DNA of 64,000 bases from Kudoa neothunni (taxonomy: Eukaryota; Animalia; Cnidaria). A program made the translations under genes and the position numbers. Position 1 is the first letter of the stretch. Every line of letters begins with the position of its first letter. The notes under the pieces were generated by a model. That model had not been told where the DNA came from, searched no databases, and was given only the letters and a program-made list of their open reading frames with translations. Positions 1-13,900 of this stretch are shown here, one piece after another. The stretch is taken from the NCBI GenBank assembly GCA_964304625.1, contig OZ199840.1:5755200-5819199 (forward strand), given 5' to 3'.

Positions 1-51
1 TTTTCTAAAAAGTGATAATATAATAGTGAAAACAATCTCAACTCGAATACC

Positions 52-593
52 AGACTTTTCTTCAGAATAACACTTATCCTTATCAGTGAATGCATTTGCA
101 TTTGGAGTTGTGACGTTGTTGTCGTCATCAAAAGTTTGTTTTTCGTCGGTCTCACTGAGAACTTCCAGTGTACTCTCCCTGGAAACACTCTTCAAGCATC
201 GCCTCTCCTTATGTGACATAGTTGGCGGTTTTGAAAATAATTTCTCACAGTCAATCTCTAATTTTCAACATAAGTACCGTTAAAAAACTTCCAAAATATA
301 ACTCATGTCAACCTACCTTTCATGTTTGGAAGCGATAATCGACATCTACTCTCTGTATTTTTTAATACTCTAAGTTTTGGGTCTAAATTATCCATTGTAA
401 ACCCCCTTTCAATAATATAATCTGGATATGTTTCTTTTGTAACTTTCTGTCTTATGGGTAGTGATTTTTTTATAAAAAATTCCTTTTTCTTTAGCAGTGA
501 TGTATCAAAATAGTGAAGAGTCGAGTGAAATTTGGAATCAATGTCATACTTTTTTTTGGATGAAGCTTGTTCACCCGATCTATTATGAGACAT
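52..593 (-). CDS. Hypothetical protein, 5' exons of a spliced gene that runs off the left edge
   Basis: ORF 303-593 ends at a GTAGGT donor near 316. A second open exon at ~52-260 reads EIDCEKLFSKPPTMSHKERRCLKSVSRESTLEVLSETDEKQ... and is followed by a GTATTC donor. No domain recognised and the acceptor position is uncertain. Confidence 0.5.
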
Positions 594-1170
594 ATAAAGA
601 TAATTTTTGGTTGATTCTGAAATTTATTATCCTTAAAAATTGACAACTAAAAACTATAGATTCAACCTTATTGTTATATTCAATGGTTGTACTGTTTCGT
701 GAGCTTTTCTTATAAATCTATCCGAGATAATCTAGGTCGGGACTATTCATACAATTGTTGCTTGATATAACTTCACCAAAAATTATACACGATTAACGAT
801 AATTTATATTAGGTATTTCAGAAGAATAATATCTTTGAAAACATATAAGTGAAACTAACCTAGCATAACACATCAATTTGCGACCAAAAACGTATGTTAT
901 TCACGTATATTATTTGAAGCCGTGATACATCCATTGACGGATACTATCAAAATATATTGTTTCACAAATTAGTGATAAAAATTTTTTATTAGCTATATAT
1001 TTCCGTGCTTACAATCAAATCGTAACTTAATTTGTCTAAATGCTTATTTAGCGGACCTATTTTTTAACGTGACAATAAATACGTGCTTTTTCTTTATTCG
1101 CAGCTATCAGTAAATTACGTAAAATCCTCTTAAGAACTTATGTTTAATCTGGAATAATAATATTATACAC

Positions 1171-1765
1171 CAGGGGTTTTCTAGCGGGGGTGAATTTACC
1201 CCTTGGGAATAAAATTCAAATGAAAGGGGTAGATTAAGTAACAACCAAATTGGATTGGGAAATTTTTGCATTATGAGTTTGTGACGTACTTTAGGATTTC
1301 AAGGAAATTATTATTTAGGGCTATTAACGCAGTATGAATTAGATAGAAATGCTTAAAATGCTATTAGAAATGATTATTTAATAGTTATCTTTGAAACTAT
1401 TATCAGTATTTTTCTGTTATGGCTCGTTTATCTTTTAGTGGTGTGGCCTAATAATAATAATACATAAAATGACTATTTTCTTGCTAAATAATATTCAAGT
1501 GTCATTAGTTTTTATTATTCTTAATTATTTCTGGTCCTAAAAGTTGAGGAATGAAGAAAAAATAATTAAATCTATATACAGCTTGTGATTAAGATAAGAT
1601 GTGACTAAAAATTGTCTCATTGTACAAGCGTACATGCCTATTAGGATTAGAATTTGGCCTGCAAATAACCTCCGCTATAACTAAATCGGTATAAAACCTA
1701 AAAGTAAATATGAATTTGGCTTCCAAGTTAGGGGGTAAATACAAAAAAACGGTTGAGAACCCCTG
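1171..1765. mobile_element. hAT-type MITE relic
   Basis: Ends CAGGGGTTTTCTAG... and ...GGTTGAGAACCCCTG match Charlie/hAT-type TIRs. The 8-bp flanks do not match well. Confidence 0.5.
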
Positions 1766-2324
1766 CTCTATACCAAATATTATACACAGAATTGTATTTA
1801 ACAGTGACTGACAAATGAGTTGTTTAAATAAATTACTAGACTATAAAAAATACAACCTAAATTTTTATTCTATCGTTTTATTAATGATATCAAAGTTTCA
1901 AAAAAATCAGAATTTTAAAGTTAATACAGATAAGTCATGTTTTTATGCCAATATCTCACCAAATCTTAATGTGTTAATTTAAAATTTGTTGGAGAAATTA
2001 TCATAAGAGTTTTCAATCAAACTCAGAAATTTGCCTTAAAGATTGAAATACAATAGAACTGGGCTCATATATAATGGGTTGTCTTGTTGCATTGACTATT
2101 TCATGCCCTGTGTTGTCGTATGGCAACATTTGAATTGACGTCTTATTAAATCACTCCAACAAGTTTTTCTAACTTTATTTAAACAACAATATTTTGTTGC
2201 TCCTAAAAAATATATTCATATTGCGTTATTTTCAGATATTAAAGGGTTAATATAAAGTTTTTTTCTTACACTCTCTATTATAATAAACGTAATAAAAATC
2301 GCGAATTAACTTTTATAAGATTAT

Positions 2325-5300
2325 TAACCTTGGAAAGCTCAGTGGGCCCCCTTTGGGTTCAAAGTTTAATTACATGCTTGTGAAATTATAGGGATATACT
2401 TTATAACAAAATTAACGTTACGTAAATTATATAAAAAAATTTATGTAACTATATTTATAAGAAACAAAAAAAATTTTCATCCCGTATATGTTACTTATAA
2501 GGTCACTTGATTATGGTTAAGTGTCCTTTTATAGTTTATATAACTTAAAATGGTAAACGTTATTTTTTGTTATAATTTCAGGAATCTTTAAGTTAAAAAT
2601 ACCCATAGAGAGTGCTTTTAGTAATATTTAGCTGTTCATTGAATCTATTAATTTTTTGTTCTAAATTAAGATTTTGTGAAGAAATCAAACTTTAATATAT
2701 TAACAACATTTATTCAAATTATAATACACAGTATTGTTAATTTCACCTAAATATGCATGATGTAATGTTGGTTGTGGAATGTTTAAAAAGGAGATTATTG
2801 GGGATGCACAACAAGATTAGTCATTATCATAATTTTTAAAGTAATAACACGGATTTCAGCAAAATATTTTTTCATAGCAATTCAAAATAATTTAATAAAA
2901 TCTACCACTATTTATTATTTATATAGTAAGGTCACGACGCTATTTCCATAGAATCATTGTCGATGTCCAACGATAAATGGAAATTATGGAGAGTGTGGTT
3001 CCCCCATTTTTAACGTTTTTTGTGACTTTTTCGTCGGAAACGATTCTAAAAAATCTTATATGCGCTTCTCATCTGGAGAGAATTAAAATTGTTTCCAAAA
3101 TTTTTAAAATAAATTTTGCTTTTAATCGCATATATGGCGGCGAAATTAACACTATAATCCTCATTTTAAACACTGGTTTCTATGTTTCACTATGGAGGAA
3201 TATGAATGTGACTAAAAATCATGCATCGAACTATTTATTTTATTTTTACATGATATTATTTAAAAAAATTAGCAGTAATTTATTATTAATAGCTGTTTTT
3301 CAGAAATATAGAATATTATAAGTTTCTTCATACTCATAACACTTACTCATTTAAGTTGTTGTTTAATTAAAGCAAAATAACTATTTTGGGCATTATAAAT
3401 CTTTCCAGCCGAAACTCTCTATCATTTTAGTCAAGTGTTGGGTGTTATTGTTAAATTGTCTTCTAACCTTGACTCTATGAAGTGATTATTAACTGGAAAA
3501 TGTATAAACATAATTACACGAGATGATTGTACAGTTTTTTATTGATTCATCAGTTGTTAACATCGAATTATTTGTCTTTATCTAAATATAATGTATTTCA
3601 ATTTAGATTAATATTTTATTTATATATAATCTTATAATTTTTTTTTAGAATTATAATTCATATTTTGACTATTAAAGTATAATAATTCAAGGCAGGCTCT
3701 ATTTATTGATATTTATTATTCGGATCAAAACTTTTCAATCATTAAATCTGAAAAATAATTTTGATAACTTCTAAAAGGTTACCGTTGAATGTTCCCAAGA
3801 ACATAATATTCCTCTTCTCCTAAGATTGTCATTTTCATTATTCCGACGGCGAATGCACATGATGGTTTTTATGCCGGCTGTAAAACCACGAGTCAGTTTT
3901 CTTTTCGTAGGAAATGTTTTCATTGTCCCAATGGCTGAAAATCGCGGCGCACAAACGGATTTATACCCTCAAGAATGGTTATAAATAACTTCATAATTAT
4001 CCCTAGTTCATAAAAGATCTAGATACGTATATCATTTATCATATAAAAGTATTATTTTTAAATCGATATCAACGGTAATATAATTCATTGAAATTAAGAT
4101 GGATAAAGTAAGTATTTTTGGTATTACTCAACTTTCAAAGATCACTTGTTATACAACATCCCCCTTCCTTGTTTTATATCATTTTCTCAATATAAATTTT
4201 TCAATAAAAATAAGTTTCTGCCATTGCATCACCACAAATAAAGAGAAGAGAAATCACCACCATGCCTCAGGGAAACATTAATCATACTTTGTATTGAAAT
4301 AGAAAACCTATTAATTTCTATTTTGAGAATGAATTTTAAAATATGATCTTATAAAAAATCTTCAAATAACAACAAATTAAAAGCATCTAGTTTGAGTCTT
4401 GTATTTTACAAAAAAGTATTAATATTCGACGTCATTAGAATATAATAATTAAATTAACAATATATTCACCAAAATATTTGTTTAAACATAAAAAATAAAA
4501 AAATGTATTTTATTTCGAAGTCGAACTTAAATTAGAGTCAGAAATGTTAAAATATTATTGTAGGTTTTAATTTATTTAATTAAACCCTTAACTCAATATT
4601 TATCATTCTCTGTTCCATTAAAAATCAAGAATATGAAGAAAAAGAAATTATAATAATACAAAAAATATTTCATTAAAATAAAAAAAAATTGATATTAACG
4701 TAAATGCAAAACAAAATTAAATTTATATTAATAATAATCCGCCAAAATAAATTCCGATTCTAAAGATTATTCTCAATTATTAACTTGTTGGAAACTGTTA
4801 TCTTAGTTAATTACAAATTTTCTAATTAATAATCACGCTTTAAGCAGTTTAGGAGACAATTTATCAAATAACGCTCAATACTTTCCCTAATAATGTAGCG
4901 GTTTGACAATAAAAATTCATAATACTAAAAATACTTTTACAGCTTTAATCTGGATAAAATAAACATGAAAAAATGTTATGAGGAAGGAGAAAGTTTCAAT
5001 ATTCTACTTGCCAGAACAACATCCGTTTATAATGACTTATTGTTATATTTTTTCATTATAATACCATGAAAAAATATAATAAACACTTAAATGTACAAAT
5101 TGTTATCACATTCATATTCCTTCATAGTTAAATATAGAAACCAGTGTTTAACATGAGGATTATGTTATTGACCCAGCCATCATGTATGCGATTAGAAGAA
5201 AAATCTATTTTTAAAATTTTGATACGATCCAGATGAGAAGAACATATAAGATTTTTTCAAATTGCTTCTGACGAAAAAAATCGTAAAAACACGCTAAAAA

Positions 5301-5850
5301 TGGGGGAGCCACAAACTTCACAATAGCCCAATAGGTTATTATCTTGTTCGTCCCATAACCTCTGTATATTATGATCAGATTCTTGGAGATCTCATTTGTC
5401 TGTAAAATATTTTATGAAATTTAAGGAGATTGAAATCGAGCGTATTATTCCCAGCCATTGCGAATCTCGCGACGTATAAAACTTCATCTAATTTTGAAAC
5501 CTTCGACAACCGAACCGACATTACATCATGTTTATTTAGGTGAAATTATCAATATTATAGACTATGATTTAAAATAAATGTTCTCTAGAATTTAAAGTTT
5601 AATTTTTTCCAATTAATCTTAATTTTGGGTAAAGTATCACAAGATCTATCGTATAGCTAAATATTATGAAAATCACTCTTTACGGACATTTTCACTTTCT
5701 AAATTCCTGAAATTATAACAAAAAATATTGTTTATCCTCTTTAATTAAATAATCTATATAACAATACTTTACGATAACTAAGTGACTTTATTCGGCCAAT
5801 TTATACTTGTGCCAAAAAGGGGCCCATTGGGCTTGTGTGTAACTATTTTT
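2325..5850. mobile_element. piggyBac-like non-autonomous element with long imperfect inverted arms
   Basis: TTAACC at the left end and AGGGTTAA at the right end. GTGGGCCCCCTTT (~2342) is mirrored by AAAGGGGCCCAT (~5816). TTTTTTGTTATAATTTCAGGAAT (~2563) is mirrored at ~5700-5725. Confidence 0.6.
2980..5325. repeat. Inner ~230-bp inverted repeat pair (2980-3205 / 5110-5325), probably the TIRs of a nested DNA transposon
   Basis: CCCCCATTTTTAACG...CTTCTCATCTGGA...TAAACACTGGTTTCTAT matches the reverse complement of ATAGAAACCAGTGTTTA...TCCAGATGAGAAG...CGCTAAAAATGGGGG. Confidence 0.75.
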
Positions 5851-6599
5851 GGCGACTTTTTTAGGGTTAAACTTGATCTGATCCATTGTTATGCATGATG
5901 GCTCATTCTTCGTACGGCCCTAAAGTTTGATTTCAATATAAATCATTTGTTAAAATTGATCTACTCCTTATTTTAAATTTTGACAGACGTCATGAATTTT
6001 GTGATATTGATCTAAAGAAGAAATGGTACATATAAATAAATTTAAATACACAAATATTACAAATTTTCTAATCGCCATAATGATCAAAGTTTTAAATTAA
6101 TTCATCAAATCTTATCGCTTAATTTTATACAATGAATAATCATTTAAAACATAAAAAAATCTATCCTCAAAGTTCTTAATAATTTCAAAAATAATATCGC
6201 AACAATCCTTTAATCAGTGAAATTGAAAACTCTATTTCTTGCTTTCAGGAATTTCACGTATTACATAACACTTCCCATTGGAATTGATTTCTAAATTATA
6301 GAAACCATGTGAAATTAAGAATTTTCCACAAATCGTTATAGTATAAACATAGTTTTATATATTTAATTATCGTATAGAGCATATTCTCAAATTGGCATGA
6401 AAAATAACATTATATAAAGAATTATCAAGAAACACCAACCAAATGGCTAAGATTATTGATAAAGTCTTGGTATTGTGTTAATTACATAATAATATTTTGA
6501 ATTGAAAATTAAGGGATAGCTTTCTAAATACTAACCAAAATTTTCCGCTAAAGAGAAAAAGGCAAAAATAACAAACAAATCAATATTTTTAACAGAGTT

Positions 6600-7372
6600 T
6601 TAATTTGTAAATTTTTTCCTTATACTTGAAAATCCCCGATTTACACTAGAAGCTAACTTTTTAATGGGCATTGTATTTGATGATTTAACAGATGGTTGAG
6701 GAAGAGTTGAGCTGGTATGGTCGAGGCTAGGGGCCACCGGAGAATATTTTGATGGATTGGTCAGGGCAGATCTACCATTAGGCTCTTTCTCTTGTAAAGA
6801 TTGGGAACTAATAGTAAATCAGTTTTATTACTGCGAAAAGACTAATACGTCGCAAGTCTTGCAGGTCTAGGTGGTTTAACTCTTTATTTAATGTCAAGTG
6901 TTGTTAGTCTATCAGATTGTCACAAATAATAAAATGTACCCTTGTTTTTTCATTTCTTCCCTTTTCTTAAATTCTTCGTGTTCTAATAGACAGACATAAA
7001 ATATAAGTTTATTATTTCAGTCAATAGATCCAGGACATACCTTTAGAGTCCCATTTTGCAACACACCTCTTAGGGAACATTCCTTCCATTTGAGGATTGT
7101 CATTCATATTACCAAACCAAAATGATTGATCATCCTTTTGGGTCACCACTATTACATCGCCTTCTTTCATTGACAAGTCCATTGTGGAGAAGCCTTCAAA
7201 TTTAAAAATACACACGTACAATTCTTTGTTGTTCTTATTCGTAAAGAAGAGATTTATACTCAACGTCAAATACATTAAAAATTACCGCATTGAGATGATT
7301 TGGCTTTTCATCGTCGGAAATATCACCCAAAACCTGCTCTATTTGATCTTTAGTGCTGGTATAGTTGCTCAT
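6600..7372 (-). CDS. Small SH3-domain adaptor protein, about 5 exons
   Basis: Spliced translation MSNYTSTKDQIEQVLGDISDDEKPNHLNA|NNKELYVCIFKFEGFSTMDLSMKEGDVIVVTQKDDQSFWFG...EGMFPKRCV carries the SH3 hallmarks. It continues with KPPRPAR and a Pro/Ser-rich tail ending ...SIRKKFTN*. Introns are short GT-AG. Confidence 0.8.
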
Positions 7373-8427
7373 CGTAATTGGATCGAAGTTATAAAAACTC
7401 AACCCAGTAATGCCCTAATCTAATACTATTAGTCTGTTTGGAATTAATTGTATGATTTAATTTTGAGACTAGCAAACAATTAATTCGGTTATTCTTTGGA
7501 TAGGTTGAGATCTTAGGTGGTCAAGATTATACGTTTGTTTCAAATGAAATATACAAAATATATCTTGGTAATAATTCACGGAATGTTACGACTGCCTAAA
7601 TTAGTCTTATCAATAGAAATTAAATTTGTTTAGCAGCAGCTATACACGTATGAGTCTCGAAGTTGAGTAACAGTGTATGTAATAATGAATATTTTTTGAC
7701 TCTAATATATGTTAATCGACCAGTATAATTGTATTTATTACCCCAAGATCGCATTTAATGGCCTTCTAAGTTTTACCTTAGCGGATTATAAAATATTTCA
7801 CATTAAGATTAAATCTGATAGTTACTCAGCTGACACACCATTATCATGATGATATTATCATTTTTTATTGCATAATTAAGTGGAATCAAGGTCGTCCAAA
7901 AATTAACACTGATTTTTTTCTTTTATAGAGCAGGTAGGATTAAATATGTACCTATGTCTAACGCCTAAATTATTCAATTCCAATTTTTTTCAAAAAATAG
8001 AATTCAGCAAATAATTACTATCAATATTTTGTTGTAGTTGAAAAATAGAAAATAATTAATAATTATTAGAGAGTAAATCTCAGTGATAATATATATAAAT
8101 GATTAACTGATTAGATTATGATTTATGAATGAACCAGTTATTTACATTATAATTATTGGTTTCGATCACATAATAAAAGATGAAGTCAGTGGAAAAAGGT
8201 TTGATGTTCTAGGCGTCAACTTTTTACTATTATTTGGAAAATTTTGCGGCGTTTTAAGTCAAAGAGCCGCTAACTAATGGTATTAATCGTTAAACTTCCA
8301 GATACTTGTACATTCCATCCAGTCTACGTATTGTTGTCGTTGTAATTTAAAGCTCTGTCAACATATTCTTACAACTAAAATATTAATTTTTAGTAATTAA
8401 TAAAAATTAAAATATTTTAAGTTGATT

Positions 8428-9698
8428 TAACCCTCTAACGAACTTGAGGTCTTTTGGACTCCAAAGTAGTTTTTAATTGATTATATGTTACTTATTCTTT
8501 CGAATCACTCGAAATTGATGTTATTTCTATGAAATTACGATATTTAAAACGTAATAAACTTTGAAAAAATTAACAAAATTTCGGATTGAAACAAACAATC
8601 ATACTCCAACGAACACGGGATCTTTTGGACCCCAAGGTTTTATTTTACGAGTATACTATGAAAATTTTTTTAAAAGTAAAAAAGCGATGTTTTATGAATT
8701 CTATCGACACATTCTTTTGTAAAATGGTGATTAATATGCCATTTAATCTGTGTTAATATCTTATTAATAATCTCGGATCCTGTTCGCGAATGATCGTACG
8801 AAAAATGATATTTCGCGTCCATTGTTTTCGTTGATAACTTGAAAACTATATATTCCTCAGACAAAACTAATTATATAAATTGTTAAAAATTTTATCTGAA
8901 TTGTCTAATTATTTGAACAATACTTACATTTCTTTGATGAATGAACCGAGAACTAGTATTTATTGCAACATGAGCATGTAGTTCGAGTTTATTTTATCAG
9001 TTCCTCGAAGACAATATTTACATCGACGTCTTTTTTCGGCTATTCGTAAGCTTTTAAATAAGGTCCTTAAATAGGGCGATTTTACGTTGACAATTTCCCG
9101 TTCTGTAGATTTCGGTCCATGAGAGGTTAATGGTTAATAGAGAACTTGTGCGATTTCCTTTAAAAATATTTTAGTTTCGTCCTTTCGATGGATTAACTGA
9201 GATGAGAGTATAAGTGTATTATTTTAATGATTTTAAAGGTGTTCTTCAACTCAAAATATTTGTATAATTTGACAAAGGCGGGGTTTCGCGCTAGTTTAGA
9301 TTAAAAAAACTAACTGAAGAAGTATTACGGTCTAGGTGAAAATAAATAATAATTGTTATTTTAGTTTATGTATTGAATTATTGTTTATAGAAAATTAAAA
9401 TATTTTTGGCAAATAAGAACCCAAATTATTAATTTAAACAATAAATTAGTTATTAAACAGTGGCTTACATTTTGCGATTATTTCCTAACAGCTTACGAAT
9501 AATTACGTAAAAGATTTAACAGGATTAATTGTTCTATTTCTCATTGCTTTACTGAAAAACTAGTCAATAGAAATCGAAAATACCAGAAAATTGAATCGGT
9601 AACAATTCTTGGAGCTAGTTTATCAAATAATAATCTGGGGTCAAATTAACCCCAAAAGACCTCCGAAAATAGATTTTTGGCGACTTTAGATGGTTAAA
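8428..9698. mobile_element. piggyBac-like MITE relic
   Basis: TTAACCCT left end. The right end TTTTGGCGACTTTAGATGGTTAA resembles the end at 5828-5850. The subterminal motif GGTCTTTTGGAC(C/T)CCA recurs at ~8448 and ~8618. Confidence 0.5.
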
Positions 9699-10613
9699 AT
9701 GAAGTTATATTTAAGGTTTTTATTAAATAAAGATGAAAGCTAACGGTATGAAAATTTCACAACAATAAAATGGATTCTGAATTATCTATTTAAGAATAGG
9801 CCTGAAAATACGATTTGTTATGAAACTCCAAAACAAGCTAGGCGATTTTGTGACTACATCAACTTTAAATTAGATATTGAAGGAATTGAACCAGTGTGTG
9901 AATTCGGCTACATGAATTTAAGAAAAAGAGCTTATGAAAATAAACAATGATTCAAACAAGCGATTTAACTAATTTTATATGACTAAAAAGGCTAAACAAA
10001 CAAAAACTCCCACGTAAATGGGCTCATAAATACAATGGGATCACTTATTTGATATCAATTACTTGATAAAATGCAATAATTCTAAGAGTATTGAAATGGA
10101 AATCGGCTTTAATTTTATGTTTTGGATTTATCAAGAAAATCAACCGTTTCTAAAGTTACTCCGAAATGAATATGAGCATTAATAATTATAAGTGTCAACA
10201 CAAAAGAATAAAATTTCTAGAAGGCCTTAAACTATCAAAATTATCGAAATCGACCTATTTAAATACAAATAATCCTTTGTATTAGTTGCGGAAGCGTTTA
10301 TGTATCTTTAAAGATATAACACGAATAGAATTAAATATAGCTAAAAAAAGAAACAATTACCTTCGACAAATATATAATAAAGCTTTAAATATATGAGGGA
10401 TAATACATATTAATAACAATTGTTGTAAACATTCATATATTTGGGTGGATTTAAAATGTTTATGACCTTTTGTTGAGCTAATAAAGAGTAAAGCATTGTT
10501 TACGACAGGTGCTCGAGAATTAATCAATATAAGTTGGGTTTTATTCTAATTTGAGAGGTTTATCCCTACTAAAATTCTAAAGTTTTGTTGTGGTGGTTAT
10601 AATTGAGTGTTAT

Positions 10614-12605
10614 ATGAAATCCATTGAAAAGTTCTCCCCCAGTGATTTACATGAATCCGGAATATCAATAGATGATTCCAGTTTGATGGAGCAATGTGAA
10701 CGAGATTCCTCTCAAATTTTAACTGAGGCTGAGCGCGAACTGCAAGATTTGAACTTTCGTTTGGCCAATTGTATCGATAAAGCAACGCAAATGAGCATCA
10801 ACAATAGTACGCCTGAAGTAGAGAATTTGGCATCTATTCAAGACCTAGGTAAAAAAGTTGATCAACTTAGAGCAATTTACGATAAAGATATTGCCAGAAT
10901 GGTTAAAAAACTGAATCAAATGCATAGAACTGTGGAAACTCAACTACACACCAACAAAAAACTATCAAGCGAATATCACCAACTAAAAAAAAAGTATTAA
11001 CCTAAAATTTTCCAATTTAACATCAATTACAACTAGATGGAGCAAAAATGTAAGCCAAGTAAAAGAATTAACTGAAAAGTTGGTTCGACAAAATAATCAA
11101 ATTCAAAACGCATCCCATCAAATAGCGACTCTAAAAGAATCCCTTAAAGTCTGTAAAAACGAATACAATGACGTGAGTGCGGAGTGTTCCCAATTGAAGG
11201 AACAAATAGATGTCATTGAATTGGAAATTGTTGAAAAAGATTCCGAGCTCTCTCAGTTAAGAGATGAAGTTTCAAGTGAAACATCTGGAAGACTTTTGGA
11301 TCGTGAGGTGTATCTCAAATGTGAAAAGGAATATTTAGAACAAATTTCTGTACTGGTAGACGCAATACGGAATAAAGAAGATGCGTTGAACGAATCAACT
11401 AATTTTACAGTCAGTAAATTAGATGAACTACGTCAGGAGTTTGAAAATGAATTGCTCCAACATTACGGCGAAATTCAGAGTTTTTATATGGAAAAGTGTG
11501 CCATATTGGAAGCTGCGACCAACCACAAAACCAGTGAAAACAATCAACTTAAAAGTGCACTTGATGATATCCAACCAAAATACCAACATTCTCAATTACA
11601 ACTGGTGGATCTCAAAAGTCAGGTATGAGAATTTTAATTTTTTTGAAACGTGGATGTTTATTGGTAGGTTGCTTCATTGGAAAGCCAACTCGATGAAATT
11701 TCAAAGATGAAGAGAGAAAACGATAGAGCGTACAATGATAAAATTGCAAAATTAGAACAATTGCTAGATCAATTTACTTTAAACTATCAACATTTGTCTA
11801 ATGAATTTGATGTATCAATTGAAAACCAATTTGTTCAAAACACTCAACTACAAACCCTTAAGAAGTTGGTAGAGTCCGAAGAGCATCGTCTCTCAATTTT
11901 ACCAACTCATAGACCTCTCAAAAGAAAATCTTCCTTGTCGATTGATCAAGAAAAAGCCACTTTAGACTATGAAGTGGTCCACAAAAATACCAAATTTCTT
12001 GTTATATCTGATTGGAGCTATCAATATGATTATATAGCAGTCAGAAACATATCTCAGGTATGTCTTAATCGGAAGTATTTTTAGTTGAATTTCCGTAGAA
12101 TAAAATCTTAACTACTGGATATTATCTGGAAAAAATTATGGAAGATAATGAATCTCAGTGCGTTTATTTCCCTTCAGCTATAGAAATCGATTCAAACCAA
12201 TTTATAAGAGTATTAATATAGTTTTTATGATTATTTCATTCGCTTTAATGAAATTTAATAATATTTCATTGGATTCTTAGATTTTCTCCAAACATGCCAA
12301 CTCTTGTTTCGCCACTCCCAAAGATATTATCGCTGAAAATATTCATCATTGGTTTGATTTTCAAACCAAAAATACCGGTTCAAACTGGAAAATAATCCTC
12401 AGGGACTCTGAAAATAAGGTGATTTTTCAATTATCAAATAAATAATCAACTTTTTCGTTGAATTCATCTATATTATAATGTTATCCGATTTTAGGAAATG
12501 TCATGTTTGAACATCCGAAAACATTCAAATGCTCTCGCCAAGAAAAAATTTCTAACACTCCAAGGTCCGATTAACTCCAGTAGAAGAGACTGTGTTCTTC
12601 TTTGA
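10614..12605 (+). CDS. Nuclear lamin (B-type-like), 6 exons, ~571 aa
   Basis: Exons 10614-10993, 11037-11622, 11668-12057, 12099-12209, 12281-12418, 12495-12605 total 1716 nt in frame. Coil 1A motif ELQDLNFRLANCIDK, rod-end motif QLQTLKKLVESEEHRL, NLS RPLKRK, Ig-like lamin-tail domain, and C-terminal CaaX CVLL*. Confidence 0.92.
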
Positions 12606-13900
12606 GTTTTATATTTGATATCGTAAACATAAATTGAGTCATGCCATGAACTGAAAATAGATCATTAAGTGATGTTTTTGTTTTTTTGGATTCATCACAT
12701 TTTTATTTATCCGAATATTTTACGACTATTAGCCTCTGCTCATAATAATTTGTTATTATATTCTACTATACTTGAATGGTATTCTACATAATGAGAATTA
12801 ATATTGTTTTTGGAGAAATTTCAGTTACATTTTTGATATTTTTTTATAAAAAGCTTATATAAATTAATCGTAAACACCTCAGCCCCATAAAGTCAACCAA
12901 TTAGGCATCTCTTTAAAAATAAATGTATACCATTTAACTTCAGTACAAAATATACTTTCTAATTGGTAACTAAATTTAGTTAGGAATTAGAAAAAAGTAA
13001 TCTACGAATGTAGAAAATAATGTGTTTGAGCTGAATAATGAAGAATTATTATTTTCATGAGCACTGTATCATTTTTTTTGATTTTAATGCTAAATTATTT
13101 AGATAATTTTATTGCTCAGTCGTACAAATATTAATGTAATACATTATTTGAAATAGGTGATGTAAATTTTAATGAAAAATAGGCTTCGCAATAATAATCT
13201 AATGATTGACCCTCCAGCAAACTTGGGGTGTAATACACCCAAAGTCTAATTTAATCCTACAATAAAATTTAACAATTTTCTTTAAAACCAATGATATTTT
13301 CGCATTATTCTTGAACAAATGATGTATATCTCAAGGATAAGTTTGGAATAAAAACAATCATGAATTAGCTGTGAAAAAATTACCTTCCAACGAATTTTGG
13401 GTTGAAAATAACTCCGGTTTTTTTAAATCGTTGTTTAAAAATTTTATTTGAAGTGAATGTGAAGATATAAATAAATTCAAACATTCTATTTTGGGGACAA
13501 TTGATAATTATTATTATTATTATTATAGTTAATCTTGAATAATCCGATTCAATGAACTCGCTTTATAATTCGCGAGGTTTTGTTACAAATTAACTGTTGA
13601 AAATAAACATCATTTGATTCGGATTTTTGGAAAATCTTATTATTTTTTGTGTTTAACTGTCGCTTATATGTACAAGTTAGAACTTTAGTTGGACGCCGTA
13701 ATTCCGTAAAGTAATTAATAAGTACGCCGAACCGAGTTAATAGGATTAAATTCGATATGCTTAAGGTTTTTCTCAAAATTTATCGGTCAGAATTTTTTTA
13801 TACTACGCAAATAATTTCAAAATAATTTTGTCGAGATAATAATTAAGGATAAACTGGGGTTATTTTCGCCCAAAGTTAGTCGTTTTCGAATAACTTAAAC

